Part shown: one piece after another, positions 59,527-64,000 of the stretch | How the letters are laid out: every line of letters starts with the position of its first letter | Numbering within the stretch: position 1 is the stretch's first letter | Origin: Stegostoma tigrinum | Taxonomy: Eukaryota | Assembly (NCBI RefSeq): GCF_030684315.1 | Contig: NC_081386.1 | Location: 32,221,020 to 32,285,019, forward strand | Length of the DNA: 64,000 nt | Reading direction: 5' to 3' | Program-made: the position numbers and the translations under genes | Notes under the pieces: generated by a model | Seen by the model: the letters and a program-made list of their open reading frames with translations, nothing else | Databases searched by the model: none | What the model was told of the DNA's origin: nothing

Positions 59527-60324
59527 GATGAGCTGAATAGAGTTTGTTTACATGATGCATACAGCCGTATTTTCTTGCAGTGTTAAGATTGTATGTGTCA
59601 CATTAGAGATCGATGCTACAGAGATCAAATCTCTCCCAAATGCAATCCAGACAGTGCACATTCTCAGTTTGGTGGTTATTTAGTGGTGAACGAACTCATG
59701 TTTTGTTTGGATTCTGAGTCTGTCTGTTATCCATCCAACATGTTCCGTGTGCAGTGGGAGTGTATGTGCAACCCATCTCCTCCTGTTAATCCACATGTAG
59801 TTGAATCATACTGAGCTCACTCTAAGGCTGGCCATGGGACTTTGTACAGTTATCTGTAACCCCTGGTGTGCTGGAACTGACTCGTGTTTAGTGTAAAGAT
59901 GACCATACAGCTTCAGTTCACTCTTGTGATTCAGCCCACATGCAGCCAAATGCTGACAGGCTGAATGACCATGGGAGGCTTCACAACCCTGTTGCACAGT
60001 TGTCTTGTCTGCAGTGGAAGCCATAGAGACAATTCACAGTGCAATGCCTGATTTGTTTGGTAATCACTAATCCTGGTTAATCCGGCCTCCTTCATCCTCA
60101 CTGGCAAAATGCTATCGAGATCAGGTGAATCCAACGCAGCAGGCCAGGGGCTGGAACTGTCTCTGTCGCCCTTGATTTGGTCCTGCAGTAGGGCTGGGTG
60201 AACCATCACAAGAGTGGCCATGTACCCTGTATTCTCTTCAGGATGACTAAGAGATCCCAGATCAGAGCTTGGTCTCCACCAGTTGTCAGTTCTAGAGTCA
60301 TAGAGTCACACAGCATATAAACAG

Positions 60325-60950
60325 ACATAGAACATAGAACATAGAACATTACAGCACAGTACAGGCTCTTCGGCCCTCGATGTTGTGCCGACCTGTCATA
60401 CCGATCTCAAGCCCATCTAACCTACACTATTCCATGTACGTCCATATGCTTGTCCAATGACGGCTTAAACGTACTTAAAGTTGGCGAATCTACTACCGTT
60501 GCAGGCAAAGCGTTCCATTCCCTTACTACTCTCTCAGTAAAGAAACTACCTCTGACATCTGTCCTATATCTTTCACCCCTCAATTTAATGCTATGCCCCC
60601 TCGTGCTCGCCGTCACCATCCTAGGAAAAAGGCTCTCCCTATCCACCCTATCTAACCCTCTGATTATTTTATATGTCTCAGTTAAGTCACCTGTCAACCT
60701 TCTTCTCGCTATCGAAAACAGCCTCAAGTCCCTCAGCCTTTCCTCGTAAGACCTTCCCTCCATACCAGGCAACATCCTCGTAAATCTCCTCTGCACCCTT
60801 TCCAAAGCTTCCACATCCTTCTTACAATGCGGTGACCAGAACTGTACGCAATACTCCAAGTGTGGCCGCACCAGAGTTTTGTACAGCTTCACCATAACCT
60901 CTTGGTTCCGGAACTCATCCCTCTATTAATAAAAGCTAAAACACTGCATG
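60325..60950 (-). mobile_element. CR1 LINE 3' fragment, same young family as 43840-45710, nested in an HER1-like LINE
   Basis: ORF 60422..60895 is nearly identical to the C-terminus of 43927..45399 and carries the same (agaacat)n tail. Confidence 0.92.
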
Positions 60951-60964
60951 CTCATGCATATACA

Positions 60965-61528
60965 ATAGGCCCTTCAGCCCAAATCACCCACACTGACCAG
61001 GTATCCCAAATTGATTGAGTCCCATTTGCCAGCATTTGTCCCATATTTCTCTAAACGCTTCCTATTCATCTACTCATCCAGATGCCTTTTAAATGTTGTA
61101 ACTGTACCAGCCTCCACCACTTCCTCTGGCAGCTCATTCCATACACGCACCACCCTCTGTGTGAAAAAATTGCATCTTAGGTCCTTTTAAATCTTTCCCC
61201 CCTCACCTTAGACCGATACCCTCTAGTTTTAAACTTCCCTGTCCTTGGGAAAAGACCCTGACTATTCACCCTATCCACGCCCTTCATGATTTTATAAACC
61301 TCTGTAAGGTCACCCCTCGGCCTCCGACGCTCCAGGGAAAATAGCCCCAGTCTATTCAGCCTCTCCCTGTAGCTCACACCCTCTGATCCTGGCAACATCC
61401 TTGTAAATCTTTTCTGCATCCTTTCAAGTTTATCAACATCCTTCCTATAGCAGGGAGTTGAGAAATGAACACAGTATTCTAAAAGTGGCCTGGCCAATGT
61501 CCTGTACAGCAATAACATGACATCCTAA
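60965..61528 (-). mobile_element. HER1-like CR1 LINE 3' fragment (its tail lies at ~60294-60325)
   Basis: ORF 61177..61518 RPLLEYCVHF...LGLFSLERRRPRGDLTEVYK. Confidence 0.85.
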
Positions 61529-61899
61529 CTCCTTTAGTACTCTCACTGAACTGCAGAACAGCTGCACTGGAGAAGGATAAAAGATATGGAGCTGCCCTAT
61601 GTTCCCCTCCTCTCATCCCCCCTCCCCCATCAGTGACCAGCAACAATTGCCACTTGCATTCATATAGCACCACTGACATAGTAAAATATCCCAAAGTGCT
61701 TCGCAAGGCCATCAGCAAACTAAACTTGCTACCGAACCACATGAGGAGATTTAGGAAAACAGGTCGGTTTTGAAGTGCATCACACACCAGGGCAGAGAAA
61801 GGCAGAGAGCTTTGACAGAAATTTCAGAATTTAGGGATCAGGCACCATTTGCAAAATTTCAGAAATCCACTCTGCTGCAATATTTCTGTAAGTGATTTC

Positions 61900-62240
61900 A
61901 AGGAAAATCATAGCCAAGATCTTTTCCCAGGGATAGGTGAGAGGAAAACCAGATGGCATAGGCATAAGGTGAGAGGGGAAAGATTAAAAAGGAACCTGAG
62001 GGGCAACTTTTTCACGCAGAGAGTGGCGTGTGTATGGAATGAGCTGTCAGAGGAAGTGATGGAGGCTGGTACAGTTACAACAGTTAAAAAGCATCTCGAT
62101 GGGTATGTGAATAAGAAAGGTTTAGGGGGTTACAGGTCAAATGCTGGCAAACGGGACTAGGTCAAATTGTGATATTGGGGCAGCATGGACGAGATGGACC
62201 GAAGGGTCTGAATCTGTACTGTATGACTCTGTGACTCTCC
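61900..62240 (+). mobile_element. HER1-like CR1 LINE 3' fragment
   Basis: ORF segment KVRGERLKRNLRGNFFTQRVACVWNEL, with tail gtatgactctgtgactct. Confidence 0.85.
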
Positions 62241-63749
62241 AACTGTGGCCCTAGCACATCATCAATAGGATGCAGAGTGGCAACCAGTAAAACCCATAAG
62301 ATGTTCAACTGCATCAGAATCGCGGACAAATGAGAAATTGATCCTGCGTGAGAGTTTTTCAGATAAACAGTGTTTTCTATACAACTTCAATCAGACAGAC
62401 TTGGACATGCTGGAGGCATTACGGAGGGGATCTAGGGATGAAGGGCACAGTTAGAAGTGAGTTAGGAGGAAGGATGCGGGTGGTAGGGCTCATAATGATT
62501 TAAACTTCCTTGTTTGGTGATTTTATAAGCTTATAGAAAAAAGTTCCCAGCATATTAGCTTAAAATGTGGGTTAGGGCTAGGTTCACAGTAAAGGAGGGT
62601 TTTAGGGTTGATATCAAGATTTTGTTTTCTTTGCATACTGAGAGAGTCATTAACGTGGATAAAAGTAAAAATGTAGAGAGAAAGAAAGAAAGAGCAGTGG
62701 AAGTATTAAGCCTTAGTTATGTAAGGAACAATTAAAAGCTGTTGTGGAGGGATGTTGTGCAGCAGTTTGGTTAGATGAATTATGATGGCTTGAATAGCCT
62801 TCCTCATCGGTTAGTTTGTTGTAATCTTGTGTGTAGAGATTGCCTTGCTCTGCACTCCACATTCAAACAGCTTGCTGATACTTGCAGCTTAATTTAACAA
62901 ATTTCATTTATGTGGAGCTTTCAGAATATCAAAGCATATTAGATATAATAAACTACCTCTGAAATGTAGTTATTGTTGAAATGTGGTTCCAGCCAATTTG
63001 CAGACAGCATGCTCTTGCTATCAGCAATGAACTAGCCTGTTCTTTAGATTGATGGATAGCCAGTCCCTGTTTTTCTTCCAAGAAATGTCGGTGGATCTTT
63101 TGTATGCACCAGGAGACTCAGTGTTTAGCATCATATTCGAGAGATGTCACTTCCTCAGCACTGCATTGGAGTCAACCTTGGTTTCCTGTGTTGAAGCCCT
63201 GGAGTGGGACTTGAACCTTGTGATTCAGAGGTGGGAGAGCTACCAACTGAGCTACAGCTGACACACTTGTGCTCATGCATACACAATAGGCACTTTGGCA
63301 ATGTGACAGGGATGTGACACTCTAAAACAGCAAGAGCCAGACGGGGCCTTCAGGGGATCATGAGCTAATTGAGGTTTGTACAATGATTAAACAGTTTGAT
63401 AGGGAAGATAGAGGTATGATTATCTCTGGTGGGGACAAATCCAGAGCATGGGGGCATCTACAAAATCTTAGAAGTAAAGCCAGGTCATTTATGGGAGCAC
63501 TTCATCACACAAATGATGGGGCTGGGTCCGGGATGGGGGGCAGGGGGCCGGAAACCTGGCACACCATCCCCAACAAGCCGTTCCAACTGTGGGTTGAAAA
63601 TTTCAGAACTCAGATATTTAGATTTTTTTTAAGCAAGGACAATGGAACAACGAGGGCAGTCCAACAGACCAAAGTGTGACCTAATGGAAAGTTAGAACAG
63701 CTTTGAGGGCTGAACAGTCTCCTCCTACTTCCATATTCCCTACTGTTGT

Positions 63750-64000
63750 TTGTGATACATGTAAATGATCTGGAGGAAGGTGTAGGTGGTCTGATCAGCA
63801 AGTTTGCAGATGTCGCTAAGATTGGTGGAGTAGCAGATAGTGAAAGGGACTGTCAGAGATTACAGCAGAATATAGATAGACTGGAGAGTTGGGCAGATAA
63901 ATGGCAGATGGAGTTCAATCCGGGCAAGTGCGAGGTGATGCATTTTGGAAGATCAAATTCAAGGGCGAACTATACAGTAAATGGAAAAGTCCTGGAGAAA
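63750..64000 (+). mobile_element. CR1 LINE RT fragment running off the window
   Basis: Encodes NDLEEGVGGLISKFADVAKIGG...WADKWQMEFNPGKCEVMHFG. Confidence 0.85.

Overview
Eukaryotic (vertebrate) genomic DNA, most likely from a shark. This is inferred from HE1-type V-SINEs, HER1/CR1 LINEs, DeuSINE-like elements and abundant Penelope-like elements (PLEs). The left half holds the 5' part of a minus-strand TLE3 (Groucho-family corepressor) gene: six GT-AG coding exons encoding the Q domain (ATG at 30340, exon 6 ending at 1865 or 1835), a ~24.6 kb intron 4, a long putative 5'UTR and a CpG-island promoter near 31.5 kb. The gene continues off the left edge. The right half is repeat-rich upstream DNA with no recognisable host gene. 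The most notable non-gene signals are: (i) about 20 intact or decayed minimal hammerhead-ribozyme cores in PLE terminal repeats; (ii) a ~1.95 kb TSD-flanked fold-back palindrome of a PLE whose junctions suggest snap-back cDNA synthesis, with smaller versions elsewhere in the window; and (iii) a 33-bp minisatellite that expanded inside a DeuSINE-like element. Repeat boundaries were read by eye and are approximate, and family names come from recalled consensus features rather than database searches.
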